A stretch of 64,000 nt of DNA from Pseudovirgaria hyperparasitica. Its lineage: Eukaryota. The notes beneath the pieces were generated by a model. It had not been told where the DNA came from and did no database searches. It saw nothing but the letters and a program-made list of their open reading frames with translations. The position numbers and the translations under genes were made by a program. The stretch is from the NCBI GenBank assembly GCA_010093815.1, contig ML996567.1; one strand, 5' to 3'. Each line of letters opens with the position of its first letter. The stretch's first letter is position 1. Positions 12,380-23,368 of the stretch are shown in pieces.

Positions 12380-15300
12380 ATGACAACTACGCTTCCTCCC
12401 CCGAACAACCCGTCGATAAACGCCGCGCAGACTGCCAACGCCGCTTCCTCCACCTCAGGAACGACGTCGCCTTCAGCCGCTGGCTCGGCTCATCAACCCA
12501 CCGCTCGCTCGTACGCAAACGCAACCAAGAAGAATTACACTCCGCCACCCATCGCGTCCGGCAATCCCAACGCTGCTGTGCAACATGGCAAGACAAACTC
12601 TCCTTCTCCTGTGAATGGTAAATCTTCTGTTCCGCCAGCTGTACCCAACATGAGCGCTCCTACTATTGTCAGCGGCAACGGTGCTCATCAACAACAACAT
12701 CATCACGCCGATCACAGTCGCAAGGCCTCCATGACCATCAGTGCCGCCGGTACTTCAATCAATAATACAAATGGTGGCCCCGTCGGCACAGCCGGCAGAC
12801 CAAACATCGCCTTTGGCTCCATGAACGCTGCTGGTTCTCCTGCTAATACCCATACCATTCCGCACCAACCGCAAGCCTCGACCCTCGCTCCAGGCCCCAA
12901 TCCTCGCGTTGTCACACCTGCCCACTCACCTTCACCCATCCCACAGACCTCGAGCGGCGGAAGACCTCCCGCGAGCCTCCAGCCTCAGGCCAGCGGACCT
13001 TTGGTCTTTGGTAGCCAAGGCGATGGTATGGATCCAAATGTGAGTCGTGTATCCATGGAACTCTCTGCACCTAGCGCGCTTTTCAGAAAACTAATAATTT
13101 TTTTTTCACCATATTAGGCGCGCCCAATGTCCATGCAACAGGGTCCTCCACAAGCACAACACCTTCGCAGAGAATCTTCGCAATCTGCACACAGCGAATC
13201 ACCTCTCAACCAAATGCGCTATCCACCAAATGCCGGCAGAGGTCGCGGTGGCTTCACTCCTGCCTTTCAGCCCAACTCTTCGCCCAGCATGCAATACCGT
13301 CAACCTAACCCTCGAGCTCCTGGCCAGTTCCCAGCTCAGATGGGCAACTCTCCATACCGCGCCTCTCGCACACCCAACATCACCCCAGCCCAGATGCAAC
13401 AGCAGCAAGGCTATGCCAACCCGAACATGCAGCAGCCACCACCCTTTGCCTATCCGCATCTTTCTGGCCAGCAACAAGTAAATCAGCCGTTTCCTTCTCG
13501 ACTCTCTCCCGACAATCTCTTTTGTGAACAATACTTCAATTCTCTGTCTTCCAATTTTCGATTGCCTGGTGTTCTTTCTTCAAACTTTCGATTGCCCTGC
13601 GATCGCAGGGCGCTTTCTTTCAGCAAACAAGAATTTTCAACTGCCGACTACGAGCACTATCTGACATACTTGAAGACGCAGGGCCCGTATATGATGCAAG
13701 GCTACTACGATCATACCTATGGCGCCTACCAGCCCCAGTATGGCATGCATCCTAACATGCCGCAGTACCCGACCCAACAACCCTCGAGCCCGCGCCCAGG
13801 CTACGCTCCGCCTCAGCACCCTTACATGGCTGGACAGTTCCCTCCGCACGCTCATGGCATGCAGCGGACTCCCTCACAGCAAAGCCAGCACCAGCACATC
13901 GACCGCCCTTCATCCGCCCTCAACCAGCCACAGACTCCGGCCTTGCCATCTGCTAACCATGCTCACACCCCTAGCCAGAGTTCCGCCAGTCCCGCGCCCA
14001 GCTCGACCAAATTCACCGTGCCCGCCAAGACTAAGAGCAAGGGCATCGTGATCAAGAACCCGGATGGCGAGGTCATCACCTTCCCGAAGAAGACCGCATC
14101 GCCGGCGCCTGCTTCGCTGGCAGCAGGCGGCCCCATTGTCGTCTCCTCTACGCCCACGCCCCCTCCCCGTGCACCAAGCGCTACCGAAGCCTCCCACGCG
14201 AGAAACGAAAGCTCAGCCAAGAGCGACGCCGAGAAGAAGTCCGAGTTCCGCGAGCAAGTCAAGAAGCAGCTCGAGTCCGAGCAAGTCGAGTCGCGTCGCC
14301 GAAAGGAGGCCAAGGAGGCCGACGAGAAGAGTGCTGCTGCCGCCGCCGATGAAAAGCTCGAGGCCGAGACCAAGGCCAAAGCTGCTCGAGAGAAGGAAGA
14401 GGCTGACGCCAAGGCTGCACAAGAGAAGGAAGCCGCCGAAAAGGCTGCCGCCGAAGCTGCTGCCAAGAAGGCCAAAGACGATGAAGAGGCCAAGAAGAAG
14501 GAGCAGGAGAAGGCCAAGCTCGAGGAAGAAGAAGAGCAAGAGCGCATGATCCGCGAGATGGAAGAAGCAGAGCGTCTCGAAGAGGAGCGCGAGAACGCCT
14601 TCAAGGAGAAGCAACGAAAGCAGAAGGAAGAGCAGGCCAAGATCGAGGCCGCAAGAAAGGACGAAGAGCTCAAGAGACTCGAACGTGAGGCCGAGGAGCT
14701 CGAAGAGAAGAAGGCCAGCGGCGCCAAGTCTTCGGATGAGGACGCTGCTGCTCTGTTTGCCAGCCTCAAGAAACCTCAGCTCGGACCTGGTGCCAGTGCT
14801 GCCTCTGAAAGCGGTACTTCGACTCCTACTTCGACCACCACTGACATGCCGCCTCCCCCGCCCCAGCCTGCTTCTCAACCCAAGCCTGCCACCTCTACCA
14901 AGCGGCCGACTGCGCTCAAGCTAGAGACTCACAAGTCCGTCGAGCCCGCGCAGCCCACTGCTGGGATGGAGTCACTCAAGTCCGCTCGCTTCCTCCAAGT
15001 TCGCGACGAGCTCAAATACCCATCTGGGATCCAGTCGCCAAACCCGGCACTCAACCAGGGCGGAAAGACCAAGGGTCGCCAATACGACAAGGAGTTCTTG
15101 CTCCAATTCCAGGAAGTCTTCAAGGAGAAGCCCTCGGTCGACTGGGACAGCAAGCTCAAGGAAACCGTCGGCGATGGGACTGACTCTGCCCGTCCAGGCT
15201 CGTCACGCACACCGGGTGGGATGGGTCCTCGCGGCAGCTCGATGCGTGGAAGTGTTGGTGGCAGCAGTATGTCGATCATGGGCCAGTTCAGTGGCCCTGC

Positions 15301-17055
15301 TGGCCGCACACTGCCCCCTGGTACTACCTCTCAAGATCGCTTCAACCTGTCTTCGTCGTCACAGCGCGGCAACATGACCAACCCTCTCGCCAGCCTGGTC
15401 AACCGCCCTGGTGGAGCATTCCCGATGGGGGGCAACCAAATGGGTCGTCAACCGTCCTTTGGTGGCATGCCTCAGAACCAGGGTACTTCACGACAGGGCA
15501 GTCATCGTGGCAGCAAGCGGGGCGGCCCGCGTGGTAACGATGGTCGGCAACCGAGCAAGCGTGAGGAAGAACAGGCTGCCAAGGCCATGCCTTTGACTGC
15601 CGGCATGGACCTCAAACCGCTTGAGATGTCCAAGACGGGCTGGAAGCCAACGAGTCTGACGGGTGCTGCGCCCGCCGTCCTGCCTGGCGGACACATGGCC
15701 CCAGACATGGTCCAGCGCAAGGTCAAGTCAAACCTGAACAAGATGACGCCAGAGAACTTTGAGAAGATCACCACTCAGATCTTGGATATTGCCGGCCAGT
15801 CCGTGCATGAGACCGACGGCCGCACCCTTCGACAAGTCATCCAGTTGACGTTCGAGAAGGCATGTGACGAAGCACACTGGGCTTCCATGTACGCCAAATT
15901 CTGTAAGCGCATGCTGGAGACGATGAGCACCGAAATCAAGGATGACAACATCGTCGGCAAGGACGGTTCACCCGTAGTGGGCGGCGCTCTCTTCCGGAAA
16001 TACCTGCTGAACCGTTGTCAAGAAGACTTTGAGAAAGGCTGGGAGGCAGACTTGCCCGCGAAGCCCGAGGGCGAGAAGGAGACGCAGAGCACCGAGGTGC
16101 AGATGCTGTCGGACGAGTACTACATTGCGGCCGCGGCGAAGCGTAAGGGTCTTGGTCTGATCCAGTTCATTGGCGAGCTGTACAAGCTCAACATGTTGAC
16201 GCTCCGTATCATGCACGAGTGTGTGTTGAGGCTGCTCAACTTTGAGGGTCTGCCGGACGAGTCGTCGATTGAGAGTCTGGTCAAGCTGATCCGAACGATT
16301 GGTGCTACCATGCATGCGTCCGAACAGGGCGAGAACATGATCGCCGTCTACTTTGATCGCATCTCCAAGATCGAGAAGATGGAGGGACTCAACAGCCGTC
16401 TCCGCTTCATGCTCTTGGACCTCATGGACCTGCGCAAGGCTGGCTGGAAGTCCAAGGACGACCAGAAAGGACCAAAGACAATCACTCAGATTCACGCCGA
16501 GGCCGCTGCCGCCCAGGCTGCCCAGGAGCAAGAGCGCCTACGTCAAAACCAACGCGGTGGTGGTAACCGCATGCCTATGGGCCGTGGAGATGCTCGCTCT
16601 GCGTCTGGACACATGCCCCAACCGGACTACCAACGCAACGTCGTCGGTATGGATGATCTCAGGAAGCTGTCCAAGAACGCGGCTTCACGCACCAACAGCC
16701 AAAGCCCCGGTACGTTCGGCCCAAGCTCTCTCTTTGCCGGCCGTACCAGCAGTGGCCGACGCGGTCTCGGGCCAGGTACGCTCGGACGGGGTGACGAGTC
16801 TGGCGCATCGTCTCGCACCGCCACTCCACCCACCAAGGAAAAGGAGCCGGCAACCCACACGAATTCGTTCAGGTAAGTGGAACATGAAATGAATTGTCAA
16901 CAGCATACTAATCGGGATCCAGTGCCCTTGCAAGTCTAAATGCTCAGGAAGAGGAATCCGCAGAGGTTGGCTCAAACCCTTCATCGCCGCCAGTTGCCAA
17001 GACCCAAGCCGCACGCTTGCAGGAGGCTGAGGCGGGCAAACCATCCGAATCATGA
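12380..17055 (+). CDS. TIF4631: Eukaryotic translation initiation factor 4G; exons 12380-13039, 13118-13477, 13682-16872, 16923-17055
   Basis: eIF4E-binding motif YDKEFLL (YxxxxL-hydrophobic) and MIF4G domain (VQRKVKSNLNKMTPENFEKI...FEKACDE...GLIQFIGELYKL...GPKTITQIHAEA). Canonical introns; the last exon reads SALASLNAQEEESAE...SES*. Confidence 0.95.
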
Positions 17056-18114
17056 TTGCGCGTCTTTCCGTACGTGCAATCTCACTCAAAGCATAGCGAC
17101 GGTCGGCCATTCCTCATGAAGCTGGCTCGACTCCCTTTCTTCTTGTTCCTATAGACTTTGCCTTTGCGGCATACTGTATCTGCATTTCGTGGTGTTCTTT
17201 GCCATCGAGTCCACTTCGGAAACTTTGTGTTAACAAAAAGCGTTCGAGGCTCGTTTGTCTCACAAGCAAAAGTTTGAGGGCCGCTCTTCAGCGTGGATGA
17301 GGTGCTGTACCTCGTCCCTGCACGCCGCCCCTCTCGCATCATGCTATAGACCCGGACCATTACCCCCCTTGGCGTCACGGAGTTTGAGGGTCTGTGGACT
17401 ATCTGTCGTACTGTCGACAACTGGTTCCGCGCGGACACTATTTGTTGGAAGCGCTTGCGCTATTCTCTTTCATGCTGTGTTCATATATCGCGAATGCTGT
17501 TTTATCTCATATTGCCTTTCGACTGATTCCCCCTCGAGCGAGCGGCATCATCACTGCACGCCGTGGTTGTGACCGACCACAGCTGCTATAGTCAGTGGCT
17601 ACGCCCATTTTAATAACAGACGACGGGATGGTGGGGACGGAATGGTGGGAAAAACGGGCGGGAAGCCAGGGCGAAGCGAAGCAAAGAAAGGAGAAGGTGG
17701 TTATCACGGGATAGACTGCGTTGTTTTTCTTGCTTGTTCTTGTTGTTCTTGTTTCCTGATCATGTTATTTTGCCCCCTCGACCCGACCAACCTCCTTTCT
17801 TCCCTGCAACAACAATACCAAAGCCAGCTGCGATTTGTTTTCTTGCTTACTCTTTTCTTTAACTCTCGGACTGACTGAGAGAATTGAGAAAAAGGGGGGG
17901 GCCTTTGAATGGAAGAAGCATCACTCGGGCTAGCTTTGTGTTCTTTTTTTTCTCGCCTTGTCCTTTTTCTGTATAAAGCTTATTTACAGCTAGCCACCCA
18001 CCCTCCAACAAATGCGTAGTACTGCGAGCGTTACGTAGGTGGCTAGCTCTCTCTAGCAAAAACTTTGTCGGTTACCTTCATCGTGCCTGCGTGGTGCTTG
18101 TGCTTGTGCTTGTC

Positions 18115-18201
18115 GTGTGAGTGTGAGTGTGAGTGTGAGTGTGAGTGTGAGTGTGAGTGTGAGTGTGAGTGTGAGTGTGGGTGTGAGTGTGAGTGTGAGT
18201 G
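18115..18201. repeat. (GTGTGA)n hexanucleotide microsatellite, about 14 units
   Basis: Direct read; it explains the HSHSHS/LTLTLT spurious ORFs. Confidence 0.95.
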
Positions 18202-18529
18202 ACATATGACCACTTGGCCTTGATGATGATGCGGGTCCATCTATAGCTACCGCATATAGCCTTCTTGGAACGAATGAACAGTCATGCCGGACATGTGTAT
18301 GTATATGTATTTTATATATACACACATCTATATCCATCTATCCATACACACCACACCCACCTCCAACCACAACACAGCAGACACACCGTCAGTTTTTTTC
18401 CCCCTTTGATTTTAGGGTCTTGTTTGTGCATCCATTCATTCATTCATTCATTCATACATCCAATTCCATCCATTCCAGTCTAATCCAATGCCAATCCAAT
18501 GCCAATCTCATCCCCTCCACACCCTTCAT

Positions 18530-20440
18530 TCAGACGACATCATCCTCAATCCCACACGTCCGCTCCATCCCACTCGCCCCAGCGCCAAAGTGCCATTTCA
18601 CGAGCCCGCTGCCGCTAGTCCACGCCCAGAGTTCTTCTTCGGCGCTGAATGCAATGTTGTAGATTACGTTGGTGCTGGGACTGTTGCCGTTGTTGCCGTT
18701 GTTGTCCTTCTCCAACGATAGCGTGAGACTCGGCGCGATATCGACGATGCAATCTGGCGAGGCGTTGGAGGGGTGGTATGTGGGCGAATCGGGGCGGGGT
18801 GGGTTGTTGTTGTCGTCGTCTTCTTCTCCATCACCATCACCATCCTCATCCTCCTCAAACCCCAAGCACCACCGCCGATCCCGCCCGCCCACATCCAGAA
18901 GCCCGCGTGCCTCGACCGCAAAAACACACACGGTGCCCCACGCCGCCACTGCGATCCTTGCCCGCAGCGGCGAAAAGGCAATGCATAGCCCTGCCGAGGA
19001 GATATGCTGGACGTCGATCGCTGGTGTTGTTACGAGGCGCGCGACATAGCGCTGGTGCACGGGCTCGGACGGGTCGGATGCTGAGACGTCAAAGGGGGCG
19101 CAGGGGGGTGTGGTGGAGAGGGCTTTGGTGAGGTATATACCCGGTTCTAGGCCCGGGAGTGAGATTGGGGGATGGGCGTGGACGAGGAGGTGGAGGGTTG
19201 AGGTTAGGCAGCGGGGGTTGTTGTGGGGGAGGCAGTTGTGGTGCCAGGTGAAGAGGAGGCCTTGTCGGGGGCCGATGAAGGAGAGGGGTGGGTTGGGGGC
19301 TGGGAGGAGGAGGTGGGTTGGGGGGAGTTCGAGGATGACGAAGCCGCGCTGGAGGCTGTATAGGGAGGCGGGCATGCGGTTTGCGGGGGAGGATAGTTCG
19401 AGGAGGTCGGGGGTGCGCCAGGACAGTTTGGAGAGGAAGGATGGGTGTTGGGTGGGGAAGCTATGCGTGGATAGCTTTGAGGGTTGCTGAAGGGGAGGAA
19501 GGTCGGCGAGGGCGTTGTCGGCGGTGGCGGAACGGGATGGAGCGGCAGACCAGATGTATAGCTTGGCCGGGTATGCGGGCGGGCCGATGTGATACTCGAC
19601 GCGGGGCCTGTCGTGCTGGACGACGGAGACAAGGTTGGCTGAAGCGGATGAGTATGCCAGGCCGTCGGACCAGGGGAGCAGGAGCGAGTTGTCTTGCTTC
19701 TCCTCATACGCCCCGCGTTCCTCGACGGGCATGGCTTCTTCGTGCTCGAGGAGCTGGTAGTCGACGAGGGTGAAGGCACGGGCGGTGCATAGTCCGTCAG
19801 GGGTCAGGAATGGTTGTCCTTTGTCGAGTTTGGGCGAGGCTGGGGTGACGGCGGACTCGGATGAATACAGCACGCTCAGGGAGGGCGGACAGAGGCCGGG
19901 AGGCGATTCCGAGGACGCAGGTGCTGAAGCTTCGGGGTCGGAATGGAAGACGAGATCGGTAAAGCGCATGCGATAGGGGTGCGGAGGGTACGGGGCGATA
20001 TAGGAGACGCGGCGTACACCGGTGGCAGGATTGATAAAGAAGATGTGAATGGACTGATCGTCGATACAGAGCGCAGCGGCGTGGAAATGGAGGCCGAGGC
20101 CGGAGTGCGAACAGGGTAGCAGGACGGCCGTCTTCGCGTGGTATCGGTGTGGTGGATTGAGGAAACGAGTGAGGTCGGGCGACAGGACTCCGGGCTGGCA
20201 GAGGGACCTTGCGGATAGCTGCGAAAAGTAGTGCAAGAGGCTTGGGCCGTGGTAGTCGGCGTGGTGTCCGGGCAGACCAGGGAGATATGAGTCTATCATG
20301 GTGCGTAGGAGGGCATCGTTGCTCTGAACTAGCTTGCGGAGTGTGCGGCATGTTGATTTGATGGCGGACAGCGACAGGGGCTCGAGATAGTAGAAGATGG
20401 ACAAGATGAGCTCTGACGGCAGTCTTAGTAGAGATGGCAT
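18530..20440 (-). CDS. F-box domain protein (an alternative upstream ATG lies at 20488)
   Basis: N-terminal F-box signature LLRLPSELILSIFYYLEPLSLSAIKSTCRTLRKL in a long uninterrupted ORF; beta-rich C-terminal segments (RIAVAAWGTVCVFAV, ELWAWTSGSGLVKW). Confidence 0.8.
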   Translation of the reverse strand: MPSLLRLPSELILSIFYYLEPLSLSAIKSTCRTLRKLVQSNDALLRTMIDSYLPGLPGHHADYHGPSLLHYFSQLSARSLCQPGVLSPDLTRFLNPPHRYHAKTAVLLPCSHSGLGLHFHAAALCIDDQSIHIFFINPATGVRRVSYIAPYPPHPYRMRFTDLVFHSDPEASAPASSESPPGLCPPSLSVLYSSESAVTPASPKLDKGQPFLTPDGLCTARAFTLVDYQLLEHEEAMPVEERGAYEEKQDNSLLLPWSDGLAYSSASANLVSVVQHDRPRVEYHIGPPAYPAKLYIWSAAPSRSATADNALADLPPLQQPSKLSTHSFPTQHPSFLSKLSWRTPDLLELSSPANRMPASLYSLQRGFVILELPPTHLLLPAPNPPLSFIGPRQGLLFTWHHNCLPHNNPRCLTSTLHLLVHAHPPISLPGLEPGIYLTKALSTTPPCAPFDVSASDPSEPVHQRYVARLVTTPAIDVQHISSAGLCIAFSPLRARIAVAAWGTVCVFAVEARGLLDVGGRDRRWCLGFEEDEDGDGDGEEDDDNNNPPRPDSPTYHPSNASPDCIVDIAPSLTLSLEKDNNGNNGNSPSTNVIYNIAFSAEEELWAWTSGSGLVKWHFGAGASGMERTCGIEDDVV

Positions 20441-20566
20441 ATTTGAAGATTGAGAACGCGGAGGGGGTTGGTGGGGGATTGCATTCATGATGTGTATGTG
20501 TGGTGCGTGCGAACAGAGTGAATAACAAACTAGTCAAGGTTGAAGAACAAAACAAGTTAATATCTT

Positions 20567-20680
20567 GCTGCCTTAATGTCTCGCTGCCTTAATGTCTCGC
20601 TGCCTTGTTGCCTGCGTTTGTCTAATGTCTTAATGCCTTACCGCCTTACCGCCTTACCGCCTTACCGCCTGAATGCCTAA
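20567..20680. repeat. GCCTTA-core repeat cluster: (GCTGCCTTAATGTCTC)x2 plus (GCCTTACC)x4
   Basis: Direct read; lies in the divergent F-box/codA intergenic region. Confidence 0.85.
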
Positions 20681-21150
20681 GGAGTCTTTCCCTCTATCTC
20701 AACACCACTTCACGAACAGACACTTCACGACCTCATGCCCAGTGTTCCAGTAATACCCCTTTTCTACAAACACTCATACATCTTCATACGGACCTGTAGC
20801 ATTTCACGGCAGTACACAAAGTTGTCGCGACTGGCATGAATGTGCTGCTGCCATCGAGTTCGCGAGACGGTATATCAGTCGTATGAGAGGCTCGTCTCGT
20901 GGCCAACCTACCTTCGTATCCTCATAACGCCGACGATTGCGAGGTTGGAACAAGGCGCACGATCGTGATATGAAAGGGCAAGATGAATTTCATGCATCTT
21001 ATGAGGCTCTACTATACAGCACTGCAAAAATAAACTAATTATACCAACGTATGGCTGCGCAGGCCCAGACCTTGTCGGATGACTCGTACTAGACGTAATA
21101 CACAGTGAAACTGAGACCACAAACAGTGAACACGGCGCCCCACACGCCCA

Positions 21151-21207
21151 GGATTAGCTGCCAACCCGCCTAGGATTAGCTGCCTACAAGCCCGGGTTTA
21201 GCTGCCC
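21151..21207. promoter_or_regulatory. Three direct repeats GG(A/T)TTAGCTGCC at about 21-22 bp spacing, upstream of codA; TATAAA at 21462
   Basis: GGATTAGCTGCC, GGATTAGCTGCC and GGTTTAGCTGCC are seen; regulatory function is inferred from position only. Confidence 0.5.
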
Positions 21208-21596
21208 CTGCGTTCCCCTATCATCTTGTGTCTCACGCCGCTTGGTGCTCACTGCGCGATAACTAAGAAGCACACCATGCGATTGTCTTATAAGGCTGGC
21301 TGGGTCAACTAAGTATGGATTGGTTAGGTAAGGTAAGTAGAGCCCGTCTAAGCGATCGAATCACGCGACGTCCATCTGACTGGTGTTCATCCGCTCGAGA
21401 GATCAATCCCGAACTCGTCGGCCTCAGAGTTTTCATCCCTCGTCTTCTCAATGTAACCTGCTATAAAGTCCCCATATTTGCTAATTGAATCGCTTCTCCC
21501 CTTTACTCTGTCTGCCCTGCCCATTGCAAACTCCCTTCTCCTCGTGGTTCTCGTGCTGCTCGTGCTGGCGGAACCCCTCGCCTGAAACATACCACC

Positions 21597-23368
21597 ATGG
21601 CCACCACTACTCACATTGCCGCTTCCGACGTGAACGAATATGACTTTATTATTGTAGGAGGCGGCACCGCCGGCTGCGTTGTGGCAAGCCGTCTGTCCGA
21701 GTATATGCCCCAGAAGAAAGTCCTGTTGATTGAGGCTGGTCCCAGCGACTATATGGACGATCGTGTTCTGCTGTTGAAGGATTGGCTCAATCTGCTTGGC
21801 GGAGAGCTGGACTACGACTATCCCACCACCGAACAGCCCATGGGCAATTCGCACATCCGGCATTCCAGAGCAAAAGTCCTGGGTGGCTGCTCCTCGCATA
21901 ACACGCTCATCTCCTTCCGGCCGTTCGAGTACGACTGCAAGCGGTGGGAAGCCCAGGGTTGCACGGGCTGGAGCTTCAAGAACTTCACTCGTCTCCTCGA
22001 CAATCTCCGCAACACCATCCAGCCCGTCCATGAGCGCCATCGCAACCAGCTCTGCAGAGACTGGGTCGAGTCTTGCTCGTCTGCACTTGACATCCCCGTG
22101 ATCCACGACTTCAATCACCAGATCAGAAATACCGGCTCGCTAAAGCAGGGCGTCGGTTTCTTCTCCGTCTCTTACAACCCCGACGATGGTCGACGTAGCA
22201 GTGCCAGTGTCGCCTATATCCATCCCATTCTGCGTGGCTCCGAGAGGCGTCCAAACCTGACCATCCTGACCAACGCATGGGTCTCAAAGGTAAATGTCCA
22301 GGGCGACAAAGCCACAGGTGTAGACGTAGCCCTTCAAAACGGCGAGAAGTACACTCTGAAAGCCAAAGCCGAAACCGTGCTGTGTGCCGGAGCCGTCGAC
22401 ACGCCCCGTCTGATGCTGCTGTCTGGTCTCGGCCCCAAGCAGCAACTCGAGCAGCTCAGCATCCCCGTCGTTAAAGACATCCCCGGTGTCGGCGAGAACC
22501 TGCTCGACCACCCGGAGACCATCATCCTCTGGGAGCTGAACAAGCCCGTGCCCGCAAACCAGACCACCATGGACTCCGACGCCGGCATCTTCCTCCGCCG
22601 CGAGCCCGCAAACGCCGCCGGCGACGACGGCGACATTGCCGACGTCATGATGCACTGCTATCAAATCCCCTTCTGCCTAAACACGGCAAGGTAAGACTCT
22701 CGCCGCCCATACGCACCACCCGCCCATATGCGCCCATCTCCCACATACTTCTTTCCCCCTTGACTCTGCCCACTCACTCACTCACTCACTCACTCACTCA
22801 CCACTCACCACTCACCACTCACACAAACAGACTCGGCTACGACTCCCCCATCGACGCATTCTGCATGACGCCCAACATCCCCCGCCCCCGCTCCCGCGGC
22901 AGACTCTACCTCACCTCCTCCGACCCCACCACCAAGCCCGCGCTCGACTTCCGCTACTTCACCGACCCAGAAGGCTACGACGCCGCAACCATCGTAGCCG
23001 GCTTCAAAGCCGCCCGCAAAGTCGCCGCCCAAGAGCCCTTCAAATCCTGGCTCAAGCGCGAGGTCGCGCCCGGTCCAGACGTACAGTCGGACGAGCAGCT
23101 CTCCGAGTACGGGCGGCGCGTCGCACACACCGTCTACCACCCGGCCGGCACGACGAAGATGGGCAATGTGCAGGCGGATGGGAAGGTGGTGGTGGATGCG
23201 CAGTTGAGGGTGCGGGGCCTCGCGGGCCTGCGTGTTGCGGATGCGGGCGTGTTTCCGGATATGCCGACTATTAATCCTATGCTTACTGTGCTGGCGGTTG
23301 GTGAGCGGGCGGCGGAGTTGATTGCGGAGACGTGGGGGTGGAAGGGCATGCAGAGGGAGCGGTTGTAG
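21597..23368 (+). CDS. codA: Choline oxidase (GMC oxidoreductase); exons 21597-22690, 22831-23368
   Basis: FAD-binding YDFIIVGGGTAGCVVA, RAKVLGGCSSHN, VGENLLDHPE, HTVYHPAGT and INPMLT motifs typical of choline oxidases. The intron GTAAGA..CAG contains (CACT)n. Confidence 0.92.

Noticed and set aside
13963..14878. Long antisense ORFs (268 and 221 aa) over eIF4G
   Set aside because: Shadow frames of the biased E/K/A-rich coiled-coil codons; low complexity
11724..21207. Short direct-repeat arrays as CRISPR-like
   Set aside because: Eukaryotic context, units too short, no unique spacers and no cas genes
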